The notes beneath the pieces are model-generated. The model worked only from the letters and a program-made list of their open reading frames with translations, was not told the origin of the DNA and did no database searches. Positions 9,795 through 18,640 of a stretch of DNA of 64,000 bases are shown piece by piece. Each line of letters begins with the position of its first letter. The stretch's first letter is position 1. Source of the DNA: a virus; IMG/VR virus record IMGVR_UViG_3300042402_001868, positions 91,923-155,922 of that record; one strand, given 5' to 3'. Made by a program: the position numbers and the translations under genes.

Positions 9795-9975
9795 TGCAAA
9801 CAAACCGGTTTCGCTAGGGCGTGTGGCTGTCGAACACGATTGGGCTCAATGAGCCGTCGTATAAGTTTGAACCGGCAACAGTTATGGGCCTCTCACCCAC
9901 ACACCTGATCCGCTAGATGTACATCACTGCACAGAGCCAGCCGGGGGATTGCCCCTACACGTTTTTTTGTTTGCA
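9795..9975 (-). ncRNA. putative structured ncRNA, family unknown
   Basis: GC-rich, closed by TGCAAACAAA/TTTGTTTGCA; internal hairpins GGGG-CAAT-CCCC and GGCTC-ATT-GAGCC; follows the last tRNA. Confidence 0.5.
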
Positions 9976-9979
9976 AAAT

Positions 9980-10064
9980 TGGTGCCCAGGGTCGGACTCG
10001 AACCGACACATATTTCTACGCCAGAACCTAAATCTGGTGCGTCTACCAATTTCGCCACCTGGGC
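9980..10064 (-). tRNA. tRNA-Leu(TAG)
   Basis: Cloverleaf with long variable arm, T-loop, encoded CCA. Confidence 0.92.
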
Positions 10065-10108
10065 TTAACTACTATAATAACATACAACGTCTATAGTGTC
10101 AATCAATT

Positions 10109-10184
10109 TGGTACCAGGAGACGGAATTGAACCGCCCACGCACAGATTTTCAGTCTGTCGCTCTACCAACTGAGCTATCCTGGT
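10109..10184 (-). tRNA. tRNA-Phe(GAA)
   Basis: Anticodon arm CAGACTGAAAATCTG, CCA. Confidence 0.95.
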
Positions 10185-10186
10185 AT

Positions 10187-10278
10187 TGGCGGAAGACGGA
10201 GGAGTCGAACCCCATCCCTGTTAAGAGAACCTGGTTTTCAAGGCCAGTCGCGGGACCAACCCCACTGCATCATCTTCC
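10187..10278 (-). tRNA. tRNA-Ser(TGA)
   Basis: CTGGCCTTGAAAACCAG, long variable arm, G73, CCA. Confidence 0.9.
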
Positions 10279-10284
10279 TAATTG

Positions 10285-10358
10285 TGGTCTCGGTAGCAGG
10301 AATCGAACCTACGCTCGAACGTCCCAAACGTTCAGTGATACCATTTCACCATACCGAG
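10285..10358 (-). tRNA. tRNA-Pro(TGG)
   Basis: GAACGTTTGGGACGTTC, CCA. Confidence 0.92.
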
Positions 10359-10366
10359 CTTGTGTG

Positions 10367-10441
10367 TGGTACCTGGACACGGTTTCGAACCGCGGACCCT
10401 CTCCGTGTAAAGGAGACGCTCTACCCCTGAGCTATCCAGGC
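10367..10441 (-). tRNA. tRNA-Val(TAC)
   Basis: CTCCTTTACACGGAG, CCA. Confidence 0.93.
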
Positions 10442-10448
10442 AATAATG

Positions 10449-11618
10449 TTATAAATCAAATCCAAATACTGAACTAAAATTTTGTGAGCGAGCCTGATCT
10501 AAATCAATAGTGTACTCTTTAAATGTCTGCCAACTTTGTTCTTCTGGTGCGTTAGTTTCTAAAATATGTTTAACACTAACCAATTGCGAATGCACAGTTG
10601 CTACATCATGTTGATCTAGACCAACTGATTTAAGTATGGGTAATGATTTATCAATAGAGTCTATTGCTTGTTTACGAGCAACGCCGCTGAGAACCGACGG
10701 ATGTAGCATGCCTTCGACCACAATCATGTCTAAACTGGTCTGATACTTTTTTCTGTAATCACATACAAATGCAATCACCTTGTTGACGTCCAGTATGTTA
10801 TACGCACTGAGGGCTATATTTGTGTTAATGCCGATCCGATTGTTATCAAGTCTCATACGACCGTAAAATTCTAAATTTTCTAACATGCGCGGCCAGTTGG
10901 TGCCATCTCGAGTGTACTCGGCCACTGCATCCACCCCATCTATGCTGAGGGTGAGTTGTACATATTTAAATTGCGAAAAGCACTCGACTATTCTTGGATT
11001 TATAGTGCTGACATTTGTAGTGACTTGTAATGTAATATCCTTGCCATGCCCTTGTTCGACAATAGCGTTGGTAATTTTCAACATGCCCGGGATAATCATT
11101 GGTTCGCCACCGGTGAAGTTGATCCATTTGAGATCAGGAATTAGTTCTACAATGTCATCAATGAATTCTTCGTCATTAGACCTGTGTCCAAGATCTGAAT
11201 CAATGTGCCATTTTTTAAGTGCAGGATTGTCATGTACTTCTCGATCAATCAAACTACTCCAATTGGGCTTGCAAATCCTGCATCGAAAATTGCACAAATT
11301 ACTCAGTCTGACTTCGATTGCCTGTGGACGACTTGGTGTATCGATATCTCGAGAAAACTCAATTCCGTTCAGTTCATGAGAACGAAGAAAAATTTGCCTA
11401 AGGCTTTTTCCACCTTGTTCTTCGGTAGTTTTACATCGTTGACAACTTTCTGTTAGATTGCCTGATAATAATCCTTGCTTGACAATTTTCACATGCTCGC
11501 TTGCTAGAAATTGTTTAGGACTAGACATCTTAACCGGAGCATGTCCACAGCAAACACTTTGTTCGTCGTAGCAAAAGAATCCTCCATGCCACGGAGATGA
11601 GCAGTAGAATTCACTCAT
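10449..11618 (-). CDS. radical SAM protein with N-terminal Cys (SPASM/twitch-like) domain
   Basis: CNFRCRIC, FTGGEP, SIDG; N-terminal C..PW..CC..CxxC. Confidence 0.88.
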   Translation of the reverse strand: MSEFYCSSPWHGGFFCYDEQSVCCGHAPVKMSSPKQFLASEHVKIVKQGLLSGNLTESCQRCKTTEEQGGKSLRQIFLRSHELNGIEFSRDIDTPSRPQAIEVRLSNLCNFRCRICKPNWSSLIDREVHDNPALKKWHIDSDLGHRSNDEEFIDDIVELIPDLKWINFTGGEPMIIPGMLKITNAIVEQGHGKDITLQVTTNVSTINPRIVECFSQFKYVQLTLSIDGVDAVAEYTRDGTNWPRMLENLEFYGRMRLDNNRIGINTNIALSAYNILDVNKVIAFVCDYRKKYQTSLDMIVVEGMLHPSVLSGVARKQAIDSIDKSLPILKSVGLDQHDVATVHSQLVSVKHILETNAPEEQSWQTFKEYTIDLDQARSQNFSSVFGFDL

Positions 11619-11631
11619 TAGACTGCACCAA

Positions 11632-11705
11632 TGGAGCGGGGTAGGGGAATCGAACCCCTCGCTTTAGCTTGGAAGGCTAAGGTATTACCACTATACGAAC
11701 CCCGC
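11632..11705 (-). tRNA. tRNA-Gly(TCC)
   Basis: TTAGCCTTCCAAGCTAA, U73, CCA. Confidence 0.95.
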
Positions 11706-11706
11706 A

Positions 11707-12465
11707 TTATTCTGATTCCTTGCCAATGTTATCAGCATGATATTTTGGATCAACCTTTTTGGCAATAAAATTTGCAAAGCTCTTGTGAGCTGACAAAAAA
11801 TAATGTCCTGACTTGGTATTGTTAAATCCACGATCCACAGCCCAGTTACAAAACTCAGTTTGTCCCAGTGGTCGATACACCGAATCAGGAAAATCATATT
11901 CTTGTACTGCACCAAAACTGTCCAGGTTGATAACAGGAATATTTTTTTGTGCTGCCATGGTATTCAATGCCAGTATATTTTTTAACTTGTTCATACGACC
12001 CCACCAGCGATCAGCATGATGAGTAATCCATTGTTTTTGATATGCAACTATATCGTTATGGTTGTCAACAGGTTCTCCTGTAGCTTGGCCTTCTAGCATT
12101 ATTTTGTCTGGAATAACTTTTGAAAAATTGATTTTACCACCAGCAAGGCCAATCCATTCACCTTCTTCGTAGTCCCAGATTTCGGTACGTTCGCCACCAG
12201 TCCAGCAAGCAATCACAACATCGGGCTTTACTCGTTCTTTGTAAGGATTACAATAAGTTTCAAATATCCTAAATATTGCATCGTTTGATCCGCCGGGGAT
12301 GGCATGATTCATTGGATGGTATCCTAGTAATTGGGCCAGTTGAACTGGATAACTCATAAAGTATCCGTAATGTTCTTTGCCATAATTTAGTAAATCCACA
12401 TCTGGCTCTGTATTCATTTCTGAACCAGCGGCGTGACTGCATCCAAGTATAAGTGCTTTTTTCAT
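11707..12465 (-). CDS. SGNH/GDSL-like hydrolase or acyltransferase
   Basis: LGCSHAAG, NHAIPGGSN, C-terminal GHY. Confidence 0.6.
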   Translation of the reverse strand: MKKALILGCSHAAGSEMNTEPDVDLLNYGKEHYGYFMSYPVQLAQLLGYHPMNHAIPGGSNDAIFRIFETYCNPYKERVKPDVVIACWTGGERTEIWDYEEGEWIGLAGGKINFSKVIPDKIMLEGQATGEPVDNHNDIVAYQKQWITHHADRWWGRMNKLKNILALNTMAAQKNIPVINLDSFGAVQEYDFPDSVYRPLGQTEFCNWAVDRGFNNTKSGHYFLSAHKSFANFIAKKVDPKYHADNIGKESE

Positions 12466-12504
12466 AGAAATATTTATAGACTAATATTATACATTAGTAA
12501 AAAC

Positions 12505-12581
12505 TGGCCGGTCCTGAGAGATTCGAACTCCCAACTTCCAGTTTCGAAGACTGGCACTCTATCCAATTGAGTTAAAGACCG
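12505..12581 (-). tRNA. tRNA-Arg(TCG)
   Basis: CCAGTCTTCGAAACTGG, CCA. Confidence 0.92.
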
Positions 12582-12586
12582 ATATG

Positions 12587-12663
12587 TGGCAGGAGATATA
12601 GGATTCGAACCTATGCATGTCGGAATCAAAATCCGATGCCTTGACCAACTTGGCGAATCTCCA
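12587..12663 (-). tRNA. tRNA-Gln(TTG)
   Basis: TCGGATTTTGATTCCGA, CCA. Confidence 0.93.
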
Positions 12664-12674
12664 ACAAAACTATC

Positions 12675-12749
12675 TGGTGGATGAGAGTAGAGTCGAACTA
12701 CCACCGGACTCCGTATGAAGGAGGCGCACTACCATTATGCTACTCATCC
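12675..12749 (-). tRNA. tRNA(CAT), probably elongator Met
   Basis: CTCCTTCATACGGAG; paired 1-72, lacks initiator features. Confidence 0.8.
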
Positions 12750-12767
12750 TGGAATTTTCTAACAAGG

Positions 12768-13490
12768 CTATTGTGTTATTGTAGAATTTTTTAACAAATA
12801 TATTTTATTTTTATATATTTTATTTTTTACCTTTTGCCATTGGGAATCGTTGTCTAAGTTAACTGGATTGTGACGGTGGTCAATTTGCCGGTCGTCGACA
12901 CAGTCAGTGTTAGTCAGTACATTAATATTTTTAAATTCACCAAGTGCTTCGTATCCTAACGGACGTTCTTTAACACAGACACTCCATGCCGACCCTAATA
13001 CGTAAACATTTTTTATGTGAGTATTTTGTGACAGATAATATGTTAATTCCCAGCCCCACTCTATGGCAATTTGAAATTTGTCATGGTTACTGTAATTTAA
13101 AATCAACGGATCGATTGTACGATGGACAAAAATTACACTACCATTAATGATAAAACCTAAGGGTTCACTTTGCTTGACTTGTAAGAATAGCCGGTGTACC
13201 TGAACTAAATCTCTGATTATTCTGGTTGAATTGTTCTTAATAAAATCATTGTAATTTTTATACCATATATTAGATGCTGATATTTTTTCTGAGTTACAAT
13301 CGTATGCGGCTAAGACAACTGTTTTAATATTTTGATTGTTGTCTAAAAATGATATTATTCGTTTATATAATTGGTCAATTGTAGATTTACAATCTTCGGG
13401 TGACCAAGGATCTATTATTATAGCTAGACTAGGCTGCTCTAGGATCTTGCCACTAATTTCAGTTTTAACTTTATGAATTGTATTATACAT
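12768..13490 (-). CDS. AT-rich hypothetical protein inserted in the tRNA array
   Basis: Start reassigned to MYNTIHK because the longer ORF overlaps tRNA-His. Confidence 0.6.
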   Translation of the reverse strand: MYNTIHKVKTEISGKILEQPSLAIIIDPWSPEDCKSTIDQLYKRIISFLDNNQNIKTVVLAAYDCNSEKISASNIWYKNYNDFIKNNSTRIIRDLVQVHRLFLQVKQSEPLGFIINGSVIFVHRTIDPLILNYSNHDKFQIAIEWGWELTYYLSQNTHIKNVYVLGSAWSVCVKERPLGYEALGEFKNINVLTNTDCVDDRQIDHRHNPVNLDNDSQWQKVKNKIYKNKIYLLKNSTITQ

Positions 13491-13527
13491 GATAAAATTA
13501 CTTATCTGAGTTTGAGACTTAAAACCA

Positions 13528-13604
13528 TGGGGTGCATGATGGGATTCGAACCCACGTATATCGGAATCACAATCCGAGGTCTTAACCACTTGACGACAAG
13601 CACC
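13528..13604 (-). tRNA. tRNA-His(GTG)
   Basis: TCGGATTGTGATTCCGA, G-1:C73, CCA. Confidence 0.93.
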
Positions 13605-13638
13605 ATATAGAAACACACTGTGTCAATGTGTTTTTATA

Positions 13639-13714
13639 TGGTAGGACGTATTGGATTCGAACCAATGACCAATAGATTAAAAGTCTACTGCTCTACCAAC
13701 TGAGCTAACGTCCC
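13639..13714 (-). tRNA. tRNA-Lys(TTT)
   Basis: TAGACTTTTAATCTA, CCA. Confidence 0.95.
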
Positions 13715-13766
13715 ACAAATCTTCCCACTCTTATCACTGTCCATTTGGACTCTCCTTTTAAAAACT

Positions 13767-13843
13767 TGGTAGCTTCACTGTGACTCGAACACAGGACCCC
13801 CGCGTTATCAACACGGTGCTCTAACCAACTGAGCTATGAAGCT
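13767..13843 (-). tRNA. tRNA-Ile(GAT)
   Basis: CCGTGTTGATAACGCGG, CCA. Confidence 0.92.
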
Positions 13844-13847
13844 GAAA

Positions 13848-13923
13848 TGGTGCCCCCACCATGATTCGAACACGGGACCTACTGATTACAAATCAGTTGC
13901 TCTACCAGCTGAGCTATAAGGGC
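13848..13923 (-). tRNA. tRNA-Thr(TGT)
   Basis: CTGATTTGTAATCAG, CCA. Confidence 0.95.
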
Positions 13924-13928
13924 TTGTT

Positions 13929-14004
13929 TGGCTCCCCAACGTGGGCTCGAACCACGGACCAACAGATTAACAGTCTGCTACTCTACCGACTGAGCTATTG
14001 GGGA
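13929..14004 (-). tRNA. tRNA-Asn(GTT)
   Basis: CAGACTGTTAATCTG, CCA. Confidence 0.95.
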
Positions 14005-14015
14005 ATTGATTGATA

Positions 14016-14104
14016 TGGCCGAGAGCCTGGGAGTCGAACCCAGTGACCGTTATACACAGTCTACAGATTAGCAATCTGCTGCATTACCGTCCTGCCCGCT
14101 CTCG
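14016..14104 (-). tRNA. tRNA-Ser(GCT)
   Basis: CAGATTGCTAATCTG, long variable arm, CCA. Confidence 0.9.
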
Positions 14105-14149
14105 ACATGCTATTATATAGCAGACACATCTCTGTGTCAACTTAATTCA

Positions 14150-14692
14150 TTACACCAATGGGATGTTTAACTCTTTTAGTTTGTTAAGATAGTGTACTTG
14201 ACCTTGACTGACAGTTGTACGCCAGTCATTTAATGAATCACTATTTGCACCATCACTTACAAACTTATAACACAAAAACTCTATGTTATGTTTCTTACAT
14301 ACCTTAGCAATGGCATATGCTTCCATATCTACTACATCAGCAGGTATCAATAGATTACTATCAGTAACAAAGTTATCACCTGTGCTACACGTTAATCCAT
14401 TACCTGTGTCAATGATGATTTCATCTTCAAATGGTGTTTGACCTGGTAGACTACCTAACTCACAGCACATCATATCACGTTGTACAAACTTTGACACTTG
14501 GTGAAATCCTGACTTAACAGTAACTCCACCTGCAGTACCAAAGTTTATAACACGTTTGGGATTGTACTTTGCAATACATTCTGCCGCTGTCATTGCGGCA
14601 TTGACCTTGCCTACGCCAGTGTAAAACACCTTCATACTATAACTCATGTCAGGTGCTTCATCTTTAAGTGCAATTAAAATTAGATCGTTCAT
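14150..14692 (-). CDS. mtnN: 5'-methylthioadenosine/SAH nucleosidase (PNP/UDP family)
   Basis: TGVGKVNAA, INFGTAGG, TGDNFV, VDMEAYAIAKVC, VSDGA. Confidence 0.8.
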   Translation of the reverse strand: MNDLILIALKDEAPDMSYSMKVFYTGVGKVNAAMTAAECIAKYNPKRVINFGTAGGVTVKSGFHQVSKFVQRDMMCCELGSLPGQTPFEDEIIIDTGNGLTCSTGDNFVTDSNLLIPADVVDMEAYAIAKVCKKHNIEFLCYKFVSDGANSDSLNDWRTTVSQGQVHYLNKLKELNIPLV

Positions 14693-14715
14693 TCAGTTGT
14701 TTCCGTAACATTATT

Positions 14716-14790
14716 TGGTGGACCGTCCCGGGATCGAACCGGGGATTGAAGCTTGCAAAGCTACTGTGTTCCCATCTATACCAACAGCCC
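14716..14790 (-). tRNA. tRNA-Ala(TGC)
   Basis: AGCTTTGCAAGCT, G3:U70, CCA. Confidence 0.92.
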
Positions 14791-14795
14791 ATGAC

Positions 14796-14869
14796 TGGCG
14801 TACCCACTAGGACTTGAACCTAGACTGACGGTTTTGGAGACCGCGATGCTGCCATTACACTATGGATAC
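14796..14869 (-). tRNA. tRNA-Trp(CCA)
   Basis: CGGTCTCCAAAACCG, CCA. Confidence 0.92.
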
Positions 14870-15052
14870 TCAACACACTCTTTAGAATGTGTGTATCAAA
14901 GCACTCTAAAATACTTAGGCTGCCTGTTCTTAAAGAATGCTTTAATACGCTGTAATTTTTCATCTCACACAAGAGACTCTATCCTACAGGCCGCCCGTTT
15001 GTTTATTTTTTAAAGTGCTTTAACAGGACCTCGTTTCCTTGAGCACTAAATG

Positions 15053-15080
15053 AAAAACCCTGGAGTGTTTAGTTCCAGGG
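15053..15080 (-). terminator. intrinsic terminator (attenuator) upstream of the tRNA block
   Basis: CCCTGGA-loop-TCCAGGG followed by TTTTT. Confidence 0.75.
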
Positions 15081-15106
15081 TCCTTTGGGTAGAATACAAT
15101 TGTACT

Positions 15107-15220
15107 TTACACAGACCCTGAGTCTCCTGGAATGCTATTCACGCGACCGTTCGCATGTGACCAGGCTGATACCTGGGTAAACATGGATTTTGTTTGCAGT
15201 GAATAGTTATGTTTTTTCAT
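15107..15220 (-). CDS. 37-aa leader peptide, putative attenuator uORF
   Basis: MKKHNYSLQTKSMFTQVSAWSHANGRVNSIPGDSGSV*; ATG 10 nt after the -10 box; 3' end complementary to the terminator 5' arm. Confidence 0.65.
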   Translation of the reverse strand: MKKHNYSLQTKSMFTQVSAWSHANGRVNSIPGDSGSV

Positions 15221-15230
15221 ATTAGTCTCT

Positions 15231-15259
15231 ATTATAGTTTATTTATGATTGTGTGTCAA
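15231..15259 (-). promoter_or_regulatory. consensus sigma70 promoter
   Basis: TTGACA-17 nt-TATAAT, a perfect match; spacer contains TAAATA. Confidence 0.9.
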
Positions 15260-15275
15260 CCACAAATGGTAAAAT

Positions 15276-15350
15276 TGGTTGCGGGGGAAGGACTCGAACC
15301 TCCGTCTTTCGGGTTATGAGCCCGATAGTCTACCACTGACGTACCCCGCG
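15276..15350 (-). tRNA. initiator tRNA-fMet(CAT)
   Basis: C1:A72 mismatch; three G-C pairs in the anticodon stem TCGGGCTCATAACCCGA. Confidence 0.93.
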
Positions 15351-15360
15351 GTAATACTTA

Positions 15361-15546
15361 TTTGATAACAATACTGCTGTGTGTTTAAAGGTTCCTGCTG
15401 TATTTCTACACCAGCATCCTTCCAACAGCATGTATGACTGTGACTAGCAGTCTGCCGCAACTTTCGTCCGCTCAGCGGCCATTGGATTTATAGTTCCCCA
15501 GCAGTTGGGCTCTCAGTCAAAGAATTTTTGACACATTGTTATCAAA
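15361..15546 (-). ncRNA. putative structured ncRNA, family unknown
   Basis: Closed by the perfect 12-bp IR TTTGATAACAAT/ATTGTTATCAAA; GC-richer interior. Confidence 0.45.
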
Positions 15547-16732
15547 CAGCACTAGGTTTGAACACAGCGTCGTAGTCAGTGCCACGCATGCTGTCAAGCA
15601 GTTTAACATATTGTCGGTAATCATCATAGAGCTTTTGGTCAAACACAGTGGTTTTTCCTAGCCCTGTAATTATATTGTATAACTCTTCTCCCCATAGATT
15701 ATATGGATATATCTGTCCAAGACGAACCGACTCCGGCCTCCGCAACCAATCTACAGTTTCTATCCAGTCTACAAGACGTTTTAAGTCTTGAGGAGGTGCT
15801 GATTCCATGGTCAAACAAGGTGTACCAGACACCGTGGTTATTCTTAAATCTACTTCACGACTTTTAGCATAATCTACCAACGCCGGTAAACTGTACACAC
15901 TTGCGTGTTGCAAGGTGTGATTGATGTTTCTCACTGCCCCTGGTAATGCCTCTTGAAGGAGAATCATATTTGCAGAAATTTCCTCCCAGCGGCTAGGGTA
16001 TCTTAGATAATCATTCATAGCCCCCACACCTTCGAGGCTCACGCTGATCCATACATTTGTAAATAATTTTAACTTGTCCACGAGAACCGGCGGTACACGA
16101 GTGAGATTGGTATTAAATTGCAATCTCACATCGGTGTTATTACTGGCAATCAAAATATCTAATATTTTCCAAGTGCTTGGCAGTGGAAAGGGTTCGCCGC
16201 CGCTGATGTCAATACTCACAGCATCCTTGAGTTTTTCAGTTAAAAATTCAATGTATGCAGGATTTTCCCACCACTTGTCTGGTTGTGGGTGCTGGTGTAT
16301 CATATTGATGCGATCAAATGCCTCAGGGTTTTGGCCACGTTCCTGATGCCATGCACTGCTGGCATAAGTGCCGCACATGATGCATCTTAAATTGCAGTGA
16401 TTACCCAGGCGTATTTCAAAGTTGTAGATGGGATTATCTACACTCGGAGTAGTGTGAGTTTCTGGATGCAATTCGTTGGCTCTTTGTCTCAACGAAGTAT
16501 ATCCAAGATCTTCTTCTCGGAAACATTTTACGCATCCAACATGGCGAATTCCTTGATCAAAATCTTTAAGAATTGCAGTGCGTACATTGTCATTGTACCC
16601 TTGATATTGATCCCATCGGTATTCAAGAGACTGGTCACCTTCGGGGTACCATTGACAGCAAGGTGTTAAAACACCTTGCCATGTTATTCCCAATCCATGA
16701 TTAACCATGGAGCATGTTATTTTTTCAGCCAT
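15542..16732 (-). CDS. radical SAM protein with N-terminal Cys domain
   Basis: CNLRCIMC, ISGGEP, SLEG. Confidence 0.88.
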   Translation of the reverse strand: MAEKITCSMVNHGLGITWQGVLTPCCQWYPEGDQSLEYRWDQYQGYNDNVRTAILKDFDQGIRHVGCVKCFREEDLGYTSLRQRANELHPETHTTPSVDNPIYNFEIRLGNHCNLRCIMCGTYASSAWHQERGQNPEAFDRINMIHQHPQPDKWWENPAYIEFLTEKLKDAVSIDISGGEPFPLPSTWKILDILIASNNTDVRLQFNTNLTRVPPVLVDKLKLFTNVWISVSLEGVGAMNDYLRYPSRWEEISANMILLQEALPGAVRNINHTLQHASVYSLPALVDYAKSREVDLRITTVSGTPCLTMESAPPQDLKRLVDWIETVDWLRRPESVRLGQIYPYNLWGEELYNIITGLGKTTVFDQKLYDDYRQYVKLLDSMRGTDYDAVFKPSAV

Positions 16733-16737
16733 AGGTA

Positions 16738-17940
16738 TTACTTATTTAGAAAAGCCTGGTCAAATGTTATTTTTCGAACGGAGTCTATTGATTGAGTAAA
16801 CTCAAAAAACTTAGATCGGGTGTTTTCATTGAACGCATACTGATCTGTAAGAACTGCTTTTATATAATCTATTGCAGAATTCAGATGTGTGATATAGATT
16901 GGGGGATCTTGTCCTTTCACAATCTTGGTCAATATAGCATTATCAGCAACGAATGTTTCAATCTGTTGTAATAACTCATTGACCTGTGCAGGCGTGAGAG
17001 TGTTTATTTCAAGGTAATCGTGCCATGTTACTGTTTGCACTCGTAGAATATACGCATGGTCAACACAATATTGCAGTACTGGAATCATTGTGTAATAACT
17101 GTAATGTTGTAAAATGTACCCAATATTAAAAAAACTCATATTGGGTAGAGTGTTTAACTTTTGAATATTTGTATTGATGTTTCCCCACTTACTGCCATAT
17201 CTCACATAGTCATTATGGTCTCCAATTCCTTCGACACTGACCATAACATCTATTTGTTTAAATTTTGATAACAGTTCGTAAACATTATCTTTGAGAAGAG
17301 TTGCGTTGGTCACAATGTTAAGATACACCGCCGGAGACAATTGCTCTAAAAAAGTAATTGCTTCTGGGGTAAACAACGGCTCTCCGCCAATTAATCTTAC
17401 GTATCTTAGATTTGAAATCAAGGAAGGAGTTAGGTTTTTAAAATCTTGTGATTCGTACCAAAGAAACTTACTATCAACAGTTGGGTATTTAAAATTATGT
17501 AAAATTGAAAAATTTTGTTTAATTTCAGTATTCCAACTGGAACTACTGTATGGTCCGCACATGTTGCAACGAAGATTGCAAGTGTTTCCAAACGCAATAG
17601 ACAGGTGTTCAAGTTGATCAACTACGGCTGTATCAAATTGATCAAGATTGCCTCCAAAATGTTTGTTATATAACTGCCTTTCGCTAAACGTGTTTTTAGT
17701 AGCAGTCTCTTCAACTTCCCAACAGCGATGGCATCCCGAATGTTTAACCCCGGCTAGTAATTCTTGTCTGACAGAGTCTAATTTAGAAATCTTCCATGTT
17801 TTAAAATTTTTAATATGATGAGATTGTTTGTCTGGTGCCGAGACAGCACTTTCATCGTAGGCACAACATGGTGTAAGTTGCCCAGCATTTCCAATGCTCA
17901 TGCCAACCCAGGGCATTATGCAAAATGTATCTTTATTCAT
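16738..17940 (-). CDS. radical SAM protein with N-terminal Cys domain
   Basis: CNLRCNMC, IGGEP; start reassigned to MNKDTFC to avoid tRNA-Cys. Confidence 0.88.
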   Translation of the reverse strand: MNKDTFCIMPWVGMSIGNAGQLTPCCAYDESAVSAPDKQSHHIKNFKTWKISKLDSVRQELLAGVKHSGCHRCWEVEETATKNTFSERQLYNKHFGGNLDQFDTAVVDQLEHLSIAFGNTCNLRCNMCGPYSSSSWNTEIKQNFSILHNFKYPTVDSKFLWYESQDFKNLTPSLISNLRYVRLIGGEPLFTPEAITFLEQLSPAVYLNIVTNATLLKDNVYELLSKFKQIDVMVSVEGIGDHNDYVRYGSKWGNINTNIQKLNTLPNMSFFNIGYILQHYSYYTMIPVLQYCVDHAYILRVQTVTWHDYLEINTLTPAQVNELLQQIETFVADNAILTKIVKGQDPPIYITHLNSAIDYIKAVLTDQYAFNENTRSKFFEFTQSIDSVRKITFDQAFLNK

Positions 17941-17956
17941 ACTGATATTTAACCTT

Positions 17957-18034
17957 TGGAACACAGGGTGAGATTTGAACTCACGATTTTACGGATTTGC
18001 AATCCGTTGCATTTGACCACTCTGCCACCTGTGC
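17957..18034 (-). tRNA. tRNA-Cys(GCA)
   Basis: CGGATTGCAAATCCG, U73, CCA. Confidence 0.92.
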
Positions 18035-18037
18035 ATA

Positions 18038-18195
18038 TTTTTATAGTCAAGCACCGAGAGATGCCGATTTGTCAACAATGTAGCTAGCACTGACAAGCGA
18101 ATGGCAGTTATGTCAGGACCTGTTCCTCGCACAGTTAGGCCCGAATAGTGACAGCGTCCCGTCACGATACCTTTATCGATGCTTGACTATAAAAA
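18038..18195 (-). ncRNA. putative structured ncRNA, family unknown
   Basis: 16-bp perfect IR TTTTTATAGTCAAGCA/TGCTTGACTATAAAAA enclosing hairpins. Confidence 0.5.
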
Positions 18196-18277
18196 CATAT
18201 TGAAACACACTAACTACCTTGGCATGTACTAAGGTTCAATGAACCGCTACGACCCTATCTTTAATGTGCTTCAATAT

Positions 18278-18475
18278 GCTCTGCATCCCCCGGCGGTAAT
18301 TATAGTACAGGAAGATATGACGCTATCATACCCCCTATAAGTACCTTCCACCCGCTTCCCGACAGGGACCGTTCTCGCATTGCTAGCGGCCTTTGGGTTT
18401 AAAGACTACCACCCGTAGTTGTCACACTACTTCTCATCCTGCGGGTCACAGTATCCGGAGACACCCGGAACGTTC
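18278..18475 (-). ncRNA. putative ~200-nt structured ncRNA
   Basis: GC-rich with many hairpins (TCCGGGTGTCTCCGGA, GTAGTGTGACAACTAC), directly 3' of tRNA-Tyr. Confidence 0.5.
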
Positions 18476-18560
18476 TGGTGGAGATGATAGGGATCGAACC
18501 TATCGTGACCGAAGTCGGAGGAGTTACAGTCCCCTGCCACACCATTGCGGCGGCATCTCC
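18476..18560 (-). tRNA. tRNA-Tyr(GTA)
   Basis: GGACTGTAACTCC, long variable arm, CCA. Confidence 0.9.
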
Positions 18561-18565
18561 ATGTA

Positions 18566-18640
18566 TGGTACTCGATAGCGGAGTCGAACCGCTCTTGCCT
18601 GGATGAAAACCAGATGTCCTAACCGATAGACGAATCGAGC
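18566..18640 (-). tRNA. tRNA-Glu(TTC)
   Basis: CTGGTTTTCATCCAG, CCA. Confidence 0.93.

Noticed and set aside
10187-10278. tRNA with TGA anticodon as a suppressor or selenocysteine tRNA
   Set aside because: Anticodon UGA reads UCA (Ser); no CTA, TTA or TCA anticodon was found.
15361-15546. Hammerhead ribozyme (CTGAGAG...GACGAAA)
   Set aside because: The core does not match CUGANGA and the three stems could not be built.
10127-18578. ORFs 10127..10477, 12474..12704 and 18393..18578, and N-terminal extensions to 13616 and 17964
   Set aside because: They overlap tRNA genes; spurious or mis-started.
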